A DNA stretch of 64,000 nucleotides from Octopus sinensis (lineage: Eukaryota). Shown here one piece after another: positions 39,957 to 53,175 of the stretch; position 1 is the stretch's first letter, and each line of letters opens with the position of its first letter. The stretch lies in NCBI RefSeq assembly GCF_006345805.1, contig NC_043002.1, forward strand, positions 4,774,001 through 4,838,000, given 5' to 3'. The position numbers were made by a program, and so were the translations under genes. The notes beneath the pieces were generated by a model. That model was not told the origin of the DNA. It made no database searches and saw nothing but the letters and a program-made list of their open reading frames with translations.

Positions 39957-42037
39957 CACACACACATACATATATATATATATACATACACGTATATCAC
40001 CAGGTAGGTGGCAGACTCACTGATGTATAATATTACCAAATATTTGCAATATTTAGTTATATTCCTAAATATTCTGGGTCGAATCCGTCGCCACCACCAC
40101 CACTACCAGGTCAATTTTTCCTTCCTCCCTTCCTTCCAAGGATCGGTAAATTAAGTACCAGTCAATATAACAGACTGAAGCTTGTACCACACAACCACAG
40201 TCCAATTATTAAAAGCAGTAAAAGAATAAAAGAACCGTTAGATTTTGCGTCGTTACCACGGAGAAAGAACTAATCCATGGGTGCAAGGGAGACAATTCCG
40301 CATCGCATTAGTGATGGCAGTGAAACGTAGATCGATGGTTTACGGTTACCAATAACCTATTATTAGTGTAGCAGGATCGTTTTTTCAATTTTGAGCTTTT
40401 TTCTTGTGTAATGAGAGGAGTGATTTCTCATCAAGAAATATTAGCAGAGATAATATTCCTTACATGCAATGTATACAGTGCTCAGGTGCACCACAACTTG
40501 TCAAAAGTGCGTATAAAGCATATGCAGTAATGTACAAATGTCTGGGAAGCGAACAGTGTATGAGTCAGATACATGCTTGCGTGTCTACCAAAGCGACTGA
40601 TAGAATAAGTATGAGGGTCGATTTCTTCAACAGAAATTCTTCAGCACAGTTCCCCCAGCATGGCCACAGTCTAATGACTGAAGTAAATCAAAGATGAAAA
40701 GATTTGTGAACTGGTCTTTTAGTGACCACTTGTCATCTAAACTCCTATGACATTCAATTCCACCCTTATTTTTGTGTCAATGTTTAAATATATAAATGTC
40801 ATAATCTGACTTGATATCAGTTGTTTGCTTGTTTATTCTTTTATTCTATTATATACATACTTGCTCAACTGAAGCACTGCCTAGGGTCAATTTACATTAG
40901 GCAGCTTTAATATCCCAGCTTTTTTAGCTGCAGTTCAAGTTAGAGCTTAGGCAGTAAGTCCTCTAAGCACTAATTGTATGTTCCTATTATGTTGTTATCA
41001 GAGATAATATTAATTGAATTTTACACATTTTTTTTTTTTGTTGCTTTTTGGGGATTCTCATGACTCTGTCACCATCCAATTCCATTATTATGAATTTGAA
41101 TTGGGAAATTGAGTCATAGAAAATCTTTTATTAGCTGATTACGTAACCATGGAACCTGCCCCTATGGATGTGCCACTGTTACACTCTTCATAGAACTTGA
41201 TTATCCTGACCGTTGATCTAAAATTCCTCGGCTCACCATCAATATAAGAAGCTCCATGGACCCAGTTGAACTCCTCCGCTACCTCTTCACAATCTGCCAT
41301 GCTGCAGCTCCATGGCTTCACTATATCCTTGGCAGCGAGCTGGCAGAAATGTTAGCACGCCGGGCAAAATGCTTAGTGGTATTTCGTCTGCCACTACGTT
41401 CTGTGTTCAAATTCCGCCGAGGTCGACTTTGCCTTTCATCCTTTCGAGGTCGATAAATTAAGTACCAGTTATGCACTGGGATCGATGTAATCGACTTAAT
41501 CCCTTTATCTGTCCTTGTTTGTCCCCTCTGTGTTTAGCCCCTTGTGGGTAGTAAAGAAATATATGTCCTTGGCAGGGTGACTGAATGAGTGCTCTACCTG
41601 TAACTATGCAGGGCACAGCCGTCACTCCATGAGGCATTTTCAAAATACCCACATACATACATAGATAGATATGTATATACACACACACATACAGACACAA
41701 ACACACGTTTGCATATGTGGGAGCTGTTAAGTAAATAAAATTTGCATAAACAGAGATTACAGAATCAAATCTAGGGTCCAAAGAAATTAATGGTAGTTTG
41801 TATCAGTAAAACTTCTTAAAGTTCATAAGCTAAGATAAGTTCATATCCCATAGGAAAGACGAATTAAGTTGTATTTCATTTTTGTTCCTTCAGTACACAT
41901 TAATTAGATTTATCTTTACGGTGACACAAAGCAAATTAATTTTGCTAATTCTTAACATAGATTTATTCCTGCTTTGCTTCACAGAAAGGCTTTGCTGGAA
42001 ACATCAGAATTCCTTTCTCCTACACATACCATATCCT

Positions 42038-42421
42038 ATATTATATAGAGGGCACTATTACACATAGATGCCTCACACTACATTGTTACTGAAATGCAAT
42101 TCGAAAAAGCCTGCCATTTGCATAGATGTGTAAGGGTAAACATTCTTACATGCTGCGTTGGATACGATAGCTGTTCACCTGGTATGTTGTTTTTATTTAT
42201 TTATTATATATCTTGAATTATGCACACACTGAAGAGTAAAGAGCACATATTATTGCGCTGATTACGAAATCACAGTGTGATATGTGGCTAAATCCTGTTT
42301 TTAAATGACCTGCTTTGAGAATTGTTTCAGTACAACGTATTTATTTATTTTAGTAGTTTTGACTTTAAGAGTCCCTCGTAGCATGAGGCATCTATGTGTA
42401 ATAGTGCCCTCTATATAATAT
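42038..42421. mobile_element. Element bounded by perfect 38-bp inverted repeats and containing HH4
   Basis: atattatatagagggcactattacacatagatgcctca at 42038-42075 and its reverse complement at 42384-42421. Confidence 0.75.
42222..42288 (+). ncRNA. Type I hammerhead ribozyme fold HH4 (monomeric helix III)
   Basis: Helix I GC-A-CACA/TGTG-GC; CTGAAGA 42229-35; helix II GTAA/TTAC plus inner AGCAC/GCGCT stem; GAAA 42266-69; helix III ATCAC/GTGAT with AGT loop; ATA triplet. Confidence 0.75.
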
Positions 42422-44150
42422 AAATAAATAAATTTAAAAGAAAAAAATTGATGTTTTTTTTTCTCTTATGAGGTTTTTCACGCTAACTACTTGATAAATT
42501 CTTATGAAGATTTTATCCTATTTTTAAATTGTAAATTCATACCATATCCTAATATAGATTAACGCCAATAGAAACTGAATGTCAGGTAATTATCAAATGA
42601 GGCCAAGTCTGAGAAAAAAAACACTGAAATAAATTAGATTAAAGATTATAGGAGCAAGGGTGGGGATTATCATGGGAGGTTACTTTGAAACAACCACTGA
42701 CGAAACTGAAGCCGATTATTTGAAATTCTAAAGGATTATGATTATCAAGGGAGATTACTCTGGTTAAACTTTAGATTAGATTAGAAAATTAGATGTTAAT
42801 TTGCACTGATTTTGGGTGTTAGTTTCCAGCAAATCTTAGTTTGGTGTACGACTAATTGGGCGAAAGATTTGCATTCAATGCCATATCTTTGTTGAAGAGG
42901 ATGTCATCTTTCTATATCATATACTCATAAACATACATGTACACATCTTTCATAAACCCAACACAGTGAATGCAACACACACAAACGATGCAGCACACAC
43001 ACTATTCTCACACCCAACACATCATCATCATCATCATTTAACGACCGCTTTCCATGCTAGCATGGGTTGAATGATTTGATTGAGATCTGGCGAGCCAGAT
43101 TCCAATCTGATCTGGCAGAGTTTCTACAGCTGGATGCCCTTCGTAACGCCAACCACTCCGAGAGTGTAGTGGGTGCTTTTACGTGCCACCGGCACGAGGG
43201 CCAGATTGGTGGTACAGGCAACGGCCACGCCAAAATGGTGCTTTTTACATTCCACCCGCAGAGGAGCCAGTCCAGTGGCACTGGCGACGACCTCGCTCGA
43301 ATGCTACACATGCCACCAGAACAAGTGCTAGTAAGGCGACACGGTACACAAGTGCTAATACACAAACAATGCCGCACATACATACGCATGTACTACAAAC
43401 ACTAACAACGCAAACACAGTGAATATAACATAGGTAGCACACAACACAGGTGGTGAATTATCAGATTTCATCTTTCTGGGGTTAATAAATTCAGTCTCAG
43501 GTGAAACTCAGGGAATCATCAGAACAGCAGACATAAGCCTTGTGGCAGTTGGTCAGGCATTTTGCATTCTGAATTTAAACCTCGAGTGATAGTCCTAATC
43601 TGTTTCCCAGTCTAATACCTATTTCTTTACTACCCTCAGGGGGCTAAATAGGGAGGGGACAAACAAGGACAGACAAACGGATTAAGTCGATTACATCGAC
43701 CCCAGTGCGTAACAGGTACTTAATTTATCGACCCCGAAAGGATGAAAGGCAAAATCGACCTCGGCGGAATTTGAACTCAGACCATAACGGCAGACGAAAT
43801 ACGGCTTCGCATTTTGCCCGGCGCGCTAACATTTCTGCCAGCTCGCCGCCTTCCCAGTCTAATACCATCATCTGCTCTCTTGGTACCTTTAACAGAATTT
43901 ACTCTGTTGCAAGCATATAAGCTAGATTTTCAGTTTAAGGACAGCTTCCTTCCTCCTTCCTACCAGTCTTGGAGATCCTGTCGGGTGTCATGTGCACAGT
44001 CCTTGGCTTCTGACTAAGAGATAAAACACGCACACAACATATATATGCAAACATAATACACTCGACACAGTGCAATAAACACAACATTAATACCACAACA
44101 CACACACACACACACACACATAAACATGAATGCGTCAAATGTTTGCTCAC

Positions 44151-44333
44151 CAGTTTCATTTTATCAGGTGTCAATGGGGAATATATACTGGAACGACAGG
44201 CAGCCAAACTCTGGTGAAATTCTCCACACAACCATTTATCTGCAGTAGGCCCAAGTGAACCAATACTAGAGAACTGACAAACAACAGGCCAAGAACCAAC
44301 TTCTAGTTTATCAGGACCATTTTCTAATAAAAT
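44151..44333 (-). CDS. TDP1: TDP1 exon I: ILLENGPDKLEVGSWPVVCQFSSIGSLGPTADKWLCGEFHQSLAACRSSIYSPLTPDKMKL
   Basis: 183 nt; acceptor tattttctcAG, donor GTGAGC; contains the conserved QFSSIGSLG. Confidence 0.96.
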
Positions 44334-46589
44334 CTGAGAAAATAGAAAAGAAAAAAAAACAATAACATCAATAAATAATATTAGGTATTATAAACTTCAG
44401 TTTCAAACAAAAAGAAACAAACTCACACCTGGAATCAGAACAAATTAACTATGACACCTGCCATTCCTTTGTTTCAAGCAAGACATTATACTAGTTTAGA
44501 AAAAATATTTAATGCTAGGAACATTAAAAAGTTGACAGGAAATAATTTTGTTTTATGGAAGTTTCGACCCTGTGCTTGAGGAGACCTATTGAGTCAAGTA
44601 CATCAACATCAAAAATCAATGGAAATTGTAGTTGTGATCCCTGTGCTGGTGGCACGTAAAAAGCACCAACTGATCATAGCCGTTGCCAGCCTCGCCTGGC
44701 ACCTGTGCCGGTGGCACGTAAAAAGCACCCACTACACTCACGGAGTGGTTGGTGTTAGGAAGGGCATCCAACTGTAGAAACACTGCCAGATCAGACTGGA
44801 GCCTGGTGCAGCCTTCTGGCTTCCCAGACCCCAGTCGAACCGTCCAACCCATGATAGCATGAAAAATGGATATTAAACGATGATGATGATGATGATAATA
44901 CTGATTTCTGGCATTGCAAGATTTTCAGCTCTAGTATTTGATCAGTAAATTATTTTATTTAACTCCAAATGATGAAAAGCAATGGTGACCGCAGCAGGGT
45001 TTTAGCCCTGATAGCATTTCTGGCTCTACGCTAGGACTTATTTTATCAAACTTCAAATAATGGTTTTCAATTTCAGTACATGGCCAGCAATTTTGGAGAC
45101 GTGGATAAGTCAATTACATCAATCCCAGTGCTTGGACCTGAAAGGATGAAAAGCAAAGTTGACCATGATGGAGTTTGAACTCAGAACATAAAGATAGACA
45201 AAATGCTGCTAAGCATTTTGCCCGGCATGCTAATGATTCTGCCAGCTCACTTCCTTTCAAACTCCAAATGACAAAAGGTAAACGTGACTCAAATTGGATT
45301 TTCAACCTTAATATTTAACAGGTGTTTATTTTATTGACCACTGAAGAACGAAAGTCGAAATTGACCTTCATGGAATTTGAACTCAACAAAATAGTGCAAG
45401 GTATTTCACCAGATCATCTACTGACTCAATCAATGCTCATCAACGAATATGTTTATTCGCAATTCTTTTGTTGAATACAACTGACAATTCCAGGCATGTT
45501 TCTGACAACATAACCACCATTGGCAGATTATAGACTTCCCTGTACTAGACGAAGCCATGATAGGTGGATCACTAAGCAGATGTATGACAACACAGTATCT
45601 CTGATGGAGGTGCAGGCTTCCTTGGTGGGGGGAAATTGTGAAAATTGCAAAAGGAATAAATTGCTGTGTTTAATTAAATTAGGTCATTTTAAATATTTCA
45701 AGCCTGTCCAACATCATGGTGAAGGAAGAAGTATTACTTGCATGCAAACTCGATTTTTTTCTTCTCAAGAATAAAAAAAGGGAAGGTGGCAAAATAATCT
45801 CTAATATAGTTGACAGGGAAGTGGTTAGTATTTGTCAGAACCACTGTAAGGATATACACTGGTTGATCATAGAATACTAGAATTCATCATCATCATCATC
45901 ATCGTTTAATGTCCACCTTCCATGCTAGCATGGGTTGGACGGTTTGACTGAGGGCTGGCAAACCAGATGGCTGCACCAGACTCCAATCTTGATCTGGCAG
46001 AGTTTCTACAGCTGGATGCCCTTCCTAACGCCAACCACTCCAAGAGTGTAGTGGGTGCTTTTACGTGTTCCACCAGCACGGAGCCAGTCAGGTGGCACTG
46101 GCAACGACCTCGCTCGAATCTTTTACACATGCCACCGGCGCGGGTGCCAGTAAGGAGATGCTGGTAATGATCACGCTCGAATTGTTTTAAAAAACAAAAT
46201 ACTCAGAGAGAACTATCCACATGAAAAATAATAGCTAGATTAGTATTAACATATTAAGTCAAGGAACATTTAAAAACAAAAACTACCTACAAATAATTAT
46301 TTGTAGCAAGGAAAAATATATTAGTCGAAGTTGGTCATGAGCCTAAATATGTACAGAGTTGTCTCCCATATTTGCTGAAGTCTTCAATTAATTTTTTTTT
46401 TCATAGCATAATTATTTTCAGCCAGATTTTTCTTTTTTAAGAAAGAAAAAAAAATTAAGATTGATCCTTTGCCTTATATTTTAATTGTTTTCTGAAGTGT
46501 TGCACTGTAAGTTGTTGATTGAGTCTATAATACGCACTTTTTGACAAGTTGTGGTGCACCTGAGCAGTGTATACAATAATTTCATTATA

Positions 46590-46986
46590 TCTTTATATAT
46601 AAAAGTCAAGTTGTGTGTCTGTCTCCTACGATTTAGATTCCTAACTACTCCCACATTTTGCGGTGCAGTTTAACCAAAACCGGGTATCTTATAGTCGTGA
46701 TTCATATCGAGCCCTTCTGGGTATTAGCGCGCGTCTACGATGAGTCTACGATTTTAAAAAAAATTTACCATCATTTTTTCCATTTTAATGCATTTTTTCG
46801 CTACTATATAAGGGAAGTAACTCTCTAAAAATGTCTACGATGAGTCAACGATTTTTAAAAAAATTTACCATCATTTTTTTTCCATTTCTAATGCATATTT
46901 TTGCTATTTTTTGGCTATAACTCTCTAAAAATGCTTATATAGTTATTTCCCTTACAAACCCGAGCAACGCCGGGCGATACTGCTAG
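46590..46986 (+). mobile_element. Non-autonomous Helitron (same family as 23857-24243)
   Basis: A|TC...cccgagcaacgccggg-cgatactg-CTAG|T; inserted in the (ATT)n tail of a CR1-like 3' fragment. Confidence 0.82.
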
Positions 46987-47058
46987 TATTATATACAAAA
47001 TAATATGCAAATATATCATCATCATATTTAACATTAATCATATTATTAATCGTCATAC

Positions 47059-47137
47059 CTTTCTTAACTTCAGGTGACCCCAAGCGTTTTTCTGGAGCAT
47101 TGAATGTCTGCCAGGCACAGAAGCAATTAAATATACT
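47059..47137 (-). CDS. TDP1: TDP1 exon H: [26 protein letters not shown]
   Basis: 79 nt; acceptor ttttcctttgtAG, donor GTATGA; similar to human VYLIGSTPGR...WGHFRLKK. Confidence 0.96.
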
Positions 47138-47778
47138 CTACAAAGGAAAACAAAAATACAAAAATAACTCACAGAGTTAAGGGGAAACTGTCAGAAAAGG
47201 GAAGTGTAAGTGTGTGGGACCTTTACAGGTGTATGATATTGGAATGAATCAATAAGGGTACAGTCATGGCCCTGTGGTTAACAAGTTCACTTTGCATTCA
47301 AGGGGTTCTGAGTTCAGTCTCACTGCACAGCATCCTGAGTAAATTGTCTTCTACCATAGACTTATGTCAACCCAATCCTTGTGAGTGAAACAGAACAGAT
47401 GGAAACTGTGCTGAAGCTTGTTGGGTGGAGTGTGCTTGTTCTTGAATGGCAGAGCTTATACAGCTAATTTATTGGCCCATTTAACACCAACTTGAGTGAC
47501 TTGAGTAGATGGAATCCTCTGTGGCAAACATTTAAAAAAGACTTTCACCTTCTTCCTGCCATTTCTCCACCAGCCACAGAGAAATTACCAACTTCAATGA
47601 TGTTTGGTCCACTTTTCTTTCCTTGCATGGGACAGATGAAATTTGATGAAGTAGACTTTCTATGGCAAGATGCTCTTCCTGCTGCCAAACTTCACAAGTT
47701 CCTAAGTAAGGTAACATCTCTAGTCCTTCAGACATGGACTGCATGTTGGCCAGAAGACTGCAACTGAATAACGTGTGG

Positions 47779-48085
47779 AGACACATGGCCTAGTGGTTAG
47801 AGCAGCAGACTCGCAGTCAAGGGATCACGGGTTCGAATCTCAGACCGAGCGATGTGTGTGTTTATGAGCGAAACACCTAAGCTCCACTCGGCTCCGGCAG
47901 AAGGTAATGGCGAACTTCTGCTGACTCTTTCGCCACAACTTTCTCTCACTCTTTCCTGCTGCATCTTGCAGCTCACCTGCGACGGACCGGCGTCCCGTCC
48001 AGGTGGGGAACCTATACACCAAGGAAACCGGGAAACTGCCCCTTATGAGCCAGGCATGGCTCGAGAAGGAACAAACAAACAAAAA
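47779..48085 (+). mobile_element. SINE family C (tRNA-derived head, possibly tRNA-Arg type; AAAC tail)
   Basis: tggcctagtggttagagcagcagactcgcagtc...gttcgaatctc with A and B boxes; copies at about 11570-11930(-), 19385-19690(-), 54045-54350(-), 58928-59285(+), 62990-63285(-). Confidence 0.85.
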
Positions 48086-48223
48086 CAAAACAACTGAATA
48101 ACACTTGTATAACTGCTTGTATGCCATTGACATTTATCCACAATTAACACATGACGTCAGGAGCATGTGCATGCGTGTGAAAAAAAGAGAAAAAAACTAT
48201 AAAAAACTGAATTTCCAACTTAC

Positions 48224-48394
48224 TTGGCGCTAGACATGTCGTGTTCTAGAAGATGTTTCTCCCACCTAGCCAGACTGGGATTGCGGTATGCAGCAACATA
48301 CTGAATAAGGTCTCTCTTGAAAGCTGTTGGTGACTGTCCGTCATTCTTGTTGGCGCCACCACGGAGCTTTGGAAATAATGGACTCACCCAAACC
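48224..48394 (-). CDS. TDP1: TDP1 exon G: VWVSPLFPKLRGGANKNDGQSPTAFKRDLIQYVAAYRNPSLARWEKHLLEHDMSSA(K)
   Basis: 171 nt; acceptor tttcctgtttAG, donor GTAAGT; similar to human IWLSPLYP...SPTHFKADL. Confidence 0.96.
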
Positions 48395-49559
48395 CTAAAC
48401 AGGAAACATGAAATATATTAATAATGGTTTCAAATTTTGGCACAAGGCCATCGATTTTTAGGGGAGGAGTAAGTCAATTACAGCAACACCAGTGGTCAAC
48501 TGGTACTTATTTTACTGACCCTGAAAGGATGAAAGGCAAAGGTGACTTTGGTGGAATTTGAACTCAGAACATAAAGATGGCTGAAATGCTGCTAAGCATT
48601 TTTCCCAGAATGCTAATGATTCTACCAGCTCACCACCTTAATAATGATAATATTAATAATAATAATTAGTAATAACAATTGTTTCTAATTTAGGCACAAG
48701 GCCTGTAATTTCAAGGGAAGGAGTTAGTTAATGACACCAACACTAGCACTTAGAATGGTTCTGTATTCTGTTGACTCCTACAGGATAGCAAATTTGAGCT
48801 CAGCAGAATTTGAACTCAGAACATAAAAAGCTGGAAGAAATATGGCAAGGAATATAATCCAATGCTCTAATGATTCTGCTAATCTACCACCTGAATAATG
48901 ATGATAATAATAATTGTTCTTAATTTAGGAATGAGGCCAGCAATTTGGGAGAAGGGGTCAGTCGATTACATCAAGCTAAGTACTTGACTGGTCCTTTCTT
49001 TTATTAACCCCAACAGGACGGAAGGCAACTGCATGAGTTTGTTGCACAGAGTGTGCTGTTTCTTTAATGGTAGATCTAATAGAGCTTAATCTGCTAATCC
49101 AGCACCCTTGTAATAATGATGATGAATACAGGGCCACAAATCTGAGGAAAGGCATAGGGTCAATTTTATCGACTCTAGTATTTGAGATGTGCTTGATGCC
49201 ATTGACCACATAAAAACAAAAAGCAAAGTAGACCTCTATGGGATTTGAACTCAGAATGTAAAGAGACGACTAAATATAACAGGATATTTAAGTTTAAGAT
49301 TCTGCTAATCATAACAATAATAAGGATTTCCAACACTGGCTTAAGAGAAAGAACAGACAATCTAATCAGTACTCAGCAGGTACTCATTTTACTGTACTCC
49401 AAAGGACAAAAAGCAAAATTAACCCAGCTTGATTTCAACTCATTAAGTAAAGTATGTAACTAAATGCCAAAAAGTATTTATTTAGTTTGGTGCCGTACCA
49501 ATTCTTTCATATAACCATTTCTAACAAGAGCACCAAAACCAGAAGTTTGCAGAGAAGAG

Positions 49560-49760
49560 CATTTGTCCAGTATTTGTTCCAGTTAGTCCCCTTCTCTGTA
49601 AGATATTTCCTCATCCTCTATGACCCTATGACATGTGGTTGACCAACATGGGCTCTCACCCCAGCCAGATCCTCAGAGAAAAGAACATGAAATGCAGGAT
49701 CCAAGTCTAAAATTGAGCAACATGACCAACCAGTCGGAGTTGATGCTCCTGAATCATACA
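49560..49760 (-). mobile_element. Degenerate RTE-like LINE fragment
   Basis: HQLRLVGHVAQF then frameshifted LDPAFHVL, resembling RTE QLRL.GHVAR..DPA. Confidence 0.45.
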
Positions 49761-50490
49761 GGCGGTTCTGAAGGTTTTTGACTCTTATTCAAAACCTTTA
49801 GAGCTGCAAAAAATCATTCCTAACTAAAAATACTATCAATGCAAAAATATGAGAGGCCTTAAAAAATAAGTTTTTAACGAAGCCTTAATTCTTTGAACTT
49901 GGTTGCCTTTCTCTGAAACAACACACACACTATGAAGTCTAGCTTAATATGTCTTGAAGTCGCTGGGTGAGATTTGGATCAGTTCATATAATACAAAGCA
50001 AATCATCATCATCATCATTGTTTAACGTCCGTTTTCCGCGCTAGCACGGGTTGGACGGTTCGACCGGGGTCTGGGAAGCCAGGAGCTGCACCAGGCTCCA
50101 GTCTGATCTGGCAAAGTTTCTACAGCTGGATGCCCTTCCTAACGCCAACCACTCTGCGAGTGTAGTGGGTGCTTTTTACGTGCCACCTGCACAGGTGCCA
50201 GGGGTGTCCGGCATCGGCCACGATCGGTTGGAGCTTTTAACGTGCCACCGGCACGGAAGCCAGCCAAGGCAGCGCTGGCAACGGCCATGTTCGGATGGTG
50301 TTTTTTATGTGCCACCGGCACTGGAGCCAGTCGGGGCGGCGCTGGCATCGGCCGAATAATAATAATATTTCGTTTATTGGCCACAAGGGCTTACATAAAA
50401 CAACAGAGGACATAACAGGACAAAACAAAGGGTTTTAAAAGCGTGTAAACAACAGTCAAAATTAAACAAATAAAACTCTCAATAGGGCGA

Positions 50491-50782
50491 GGTGCTTTAG
50501 GGCTACTCATGGAAAGTCCACAAAAGCCACAGGTGCTTTAGGGCTACTCATGGGAAGTCCACAAAAGCCACAGGTGCTTTAGGGCTACTCATGGGAAGTC
50601 CACAAAAGCCACAGGTGCTTTAGGGCTACTCATGGGAAGTCCACAAAAGCCACAGGTGCTTTAGGGCTACTCATGGGAAGTCCACAAAAGCCACAGGTGC
50701 TTTAGGGCTACTCATGGAAAGCCCACAAAAGCCACAGGTGCTTTAGGGCTACTCATGGGAAGTCCACAAAAGCCACAGGTGC
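50491..50782. repeat. 41-bp minisatellite, 7 units plus 5 bp
   Basis: Unit ggtgctttagggctactcatgg(g/a)aagtccacaaaagccaca starting at 50491, 50532, 50573, 50614, 50655, 50696, 50737. Confidence 0.95.
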
Positions 50783-50920
50783 CTGACCAACAGGGCAAGA
50801 AAAGTGAGAAAGTGGTAAAAAGTAAAAGAAGAAATGCAAGAATATCGTAAATGTATTATTGTAAATCAGAATAGGTTCGAAGGAATCCTACATAAAAATA
50901 TTATGAAGAAATATATATAC

Positions 50921-51013
50921 CCTTGAGTTTTCTGGTACCAATCTCCAGGAATAAGGTTAGCAGTGTGAATAACAACCCTCATACCATTGTCATAGAGAAG
51001 AAACATCATCTTT
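50921..51013 (-). CDS. TDP1: TDP1 exon F: [30 protein letters not shown](G)
   Basis: 93 nt; acceptor ttcttttatAG, donor GTATAT; completes HxK motif 1 and contains the HTANL motif. Confidence 0.96.
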
Positions 51014-51912
51014 CTATAAAAGAAGAAGAAAAAAAATTAAGAAACTATGGTGAAGAGTTATGAAACGCAACATTATTCACAAGCTCAATATCGTTTGTCT
51101 AAAACATATTCACAAGATGCTCTTAAATCTATCATCATCATTTAGCGTCCACTTTCCATGCTAGCATGGGTTGGACGGTTCAACTGGGGTCTGTGAAGTC
51201 AGGAGGCTGCATCAGGCCCAGTCTGATCTGGCAGTGTTTCTACGGCTGGATGCCCTTCCTAACACCAACCACTCCGCAAGTGTAGTGGGTGCTTTTTACG
51301 TGCCACCAGCACGGAGGCCAATAGGGGCGGCGGTGGCAATGGCCATGATCGGATGGTTCGCTTAACCACAGCTGTAATTTCCATTGATGTTGATCGACTT
51401 CGATTTTGGTTCTGCTTTCTGATATCTGATTTGTTTTGGTTTGATTTAGATTTTGATTTTCACTTGTCTCCTTAAATCTATAAAATCTATTAAAAAAATG
51501 GCCAATATCAAAGAAGACATTTTATACAAACAGAGAGAAAGGTTTGTGTGTGTGTATATACACATAACACATTTACACACACAGAACACATATCTTCTTT
51601 TATCTTTTACTTGTTTTGCCCATTGAACTGTGACCAACAAGAACTGAAACAAGAACTCGGCACCAGTACTTGTTTTGAAGTCTGGTACTTATTCTGCTGG
51701 TCACTTTTGCTGAACTGCTAGGTTATGAGGATGTAAGCAAACCAACACTGGCTATCAAGTGTGGAGCAAACACAAAAACATAGGTATGCATGTATGTATG
51801 TATGATGTACATACGTATGTATCTATGCATGTATGTATATATATATATATATGCATGGATGGATGTATGCATGTATGATGTACATACATATGTATCTATG
51901 CATGTATGTATG

Positions 51913-51954
<42 letters not shown>

Positions 51955-52607
51955 TGCATGTATAGATGGATGGATGGATGCATGCATGCATGCATGCATG
52001 TATGTATGTATGACAGTCTTCCACACACTTTGCATCAACCAAATTCACCCACAAGGTATTGGTTATCCTGAGACTACAGTAGAAGACATGTGCCCAAGGT
52101 GACATGCAGTGGGACTGATTATGTGAAAATCTGAATACTGTTATTTGATATGATGTGTAAATAATGGCCAGAACTGGTTTAAAATATTGCTTGCATAAGA
52201 ATTCTCTTTAGTGAAGTTATCTTAAGACAACAGGGATGTTATTTCCTTGTATGGTGGTTTAGATCATATATAAGTTTACTTGATTAGGACTGACCTGTGG
52301 TTCAAAAACAACCATAATAAGCCAACAGGGCAATGAGCCAGATCCCATGCAAGCATTCATTTTGCTAGAAATAGCAAGTAGATAACTCTCCTTCAAATCA
52401 CACCTGCTACCTTTGAAAAATTAAAAGGGACACATTTGATAATGTGGTCCTAAGCATATTGTGTCTACAAATATGACAAAATGGTCATGGTTGGAATGCT
52501 TTTGATATAAATCTTGTTCAATAAGATCTAACCTGTAGTTGACAACAATAACAATAAAAAAAAAACAAGAACATTGATTAATGCTCATTAATATTAATTA
52601 TACTCAC

Positions 52608-52642
52608 GAATGATGAGTTCCAAAAGGAATATCTAAACGGGC
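52608..52642 (-). CDS. TDP1: TDP1 exon E: ARLDIPFGTHH(S), carries the nucleophile His of the first HxK motif
   Basis: 35 nt; acceptor ttttctgtttttAG, donor GTGAGT; similar to human AKLDIAFGTHHT. Confidence 0.95.
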
Positions 52643-52769
52643 CTAAAAACAGAAAAGAAAAGGGAATTAAGAAATGAAAAAAGATATCAAACTGTATTTA
52701 ATACTGCTTAAAGAGGAACATATATATTATTAACAAATGAACAGGTGCCAGTTACGCAACGCTTGCACC

Positions 52770-53175
52770 AGTCATGATTACAATTTCACTGGCCCTGATG
52801 GGGCCTCTCAAGCACAGTATATTGCCTAACGTTCAAAGGATGCTTTTTACATGCCAATAACACAACAATGGCATCAACCATGACTACAATTTCACTTGGC
52901 ACAGCATATTGCCAAAAGTCTTGGTCACTTGGCATTGCCTTCATGAGGCCCAACATTTGAAGATTATGCTTCACCACCTCATCTCATGTCTTCCTGGGTC
53001 GACCGCTTCGACAGGTTCCCTCCACCATTAGAGTTCAGCACCTCTTCCCACAGCTGACCTCATACATACACATCATATGACCATACCAGCACAGTAGTCT
53101 CGCTTGCACACCACATCTGATGCCTCTTATGCCCAACTTTTCTCTCAAGATGCTTACACTCTGTCATGCATGCAC
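52770..53175 (-). mobile_element. RTE-clade LINE 3' fragment continuing into the 3'UTR shared with SINE family D
   Basis: LREKLGIRGIRCGVQARLLCWYGHMM...VEGTCRSGRPRKT*DEVVKHNLQMLGL. Confidence 0.75.

Noticed and set aside
47779-47850. tRNA genes in SINE heads (also 11860-11930, 19620-19690, 54280-54350, 58928-59000)
   Set aside because: A and B boxes are present, but each continues into a shared SINE body and I could not build a complete acceptor stem.
50491-50782. 41-bp repeat array as a CRISPR locus
   Set aside because: Units are contiguous with no unique spacers, there are no cas genes, and the context is a eukaryotic intron.
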